Under the pieces are notes generated by a model. It saw nothing but the letters and a program-made list of their open reading frames with translations, made no database searches and had not been told where the DNA came from. A stretch of 64,000 nucleotides of DNA from assembly GCA_965113315.1 (NCBI GenBank), contig OZ220376.1; one strand, written 5' to 3'. Origin of the DNA: Podarcis vaucheri (lineage: Eukaryota). This document shows positions 63,553-64,000 of the stretch, one piece after another. How positions within the stretch are numbered: the first letter of the stretch is position 1; each line of letters starts with the position of its first letter. The position numbers and the translations under genes were made by a program.

Positions 63553-64000
63553 TACCTCTAAACCAAGAAATATATGTTCCCCACCCTTCATTTACCTCAG
63601 TTTTAAAGAGCTGTTGTCTTCATTTCTTTCACTCTAAATTGGAAGAGGACAGCAGTGTTAATTTTTCACAGATATCAACTGAAACTAAGCCACATGATCT
63701 ACATAGTGAGAAGTCTGCATTTATTACACTTCCTGAAAATCTTCAAGTTGTACATTAAAAGTGAAAGTACTTCCCAAAATAATCTGTCAGGCTCCAGTTC
63801 ATTCAGGGCAGCACACAAATAACAAAAAGAAAATGAAACAGAGCCAAAACATCTCACCACAATTTGCAACTGAGTATCTAAGTAGCTGGAATCTAACAGG
63901 GTTCTATTTCATAGCTTCCTGGTACTGTCCTATCAAACAGAATTACAAAAGCTTTTAACATTCTGGAAAACAAAATGAATGTTTGGAAATAAATTAAAAT

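Larger units (their letters stand above)
1..64000 (-). other. MYO9A: MYO9A gene body (partial): intron 1 to intron 23; exon 1 and tail exons outside the window
   Basis: 22 collinear minus-strand exons splice in frame (3141 nt, 1047 codons) into a class IX myosin with MYO9A-type N-terminus and loop-2 insert. Confidence 0.97.

Noticed and set aside
57810-64000. Promoter or non-coding first exon of MYO9A
   Set aside because: No CpG island or convincing first exon; scattered donor-like sites (about 58610, 59126, 59860) cannot be supported without transcripts

Overview
Vertebrate genomic DNA, almost certainly a squamate reptile (Sauria SINEs, Squam-type SINEs, squamate CR1/L2 tails; the SINE head suggests a lacertid lizard). 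The whole window lies inside one minus-strand gene, MYO9A (unconventional myosin IXa). I traced 22 consecutive coding exons (human-numbered 2-23) from the ATG at 57739 down to 197. All have GT-AG boundaries and consistent phases, and they total 3141 nt = 1047 codons: the N-terminal RA extension, the whole motor domain with its loop-2 insert, the converter and the first IQ motif. Exon 1 and the promoter lie beyond 64000 and the tail exons lie before position 1. Introns carry TA-flanked Tc1/mariner MITEs, hAT MITEs with 8-bp TSDs, Sauria and Squam-like SINEs, CR1 and L2 fragments, a solo LTR and microsatellites. The best second-look items are: a 33-nt in-frame candidate microexon with a perfect TACTAAC branch point that would add ARRARIRAIAQ to motor loop 2; a Leu-to-Arg change in the conserved GMLE motif; four chained uORFs in 70 nt of leader; a GC island with three CTCF-like motifs; and a MITE carrying a tandem array of hairpins. 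I see no support for a wholly new multi-gene system. Comparisons to human MYO9A are from memory and need alignment.
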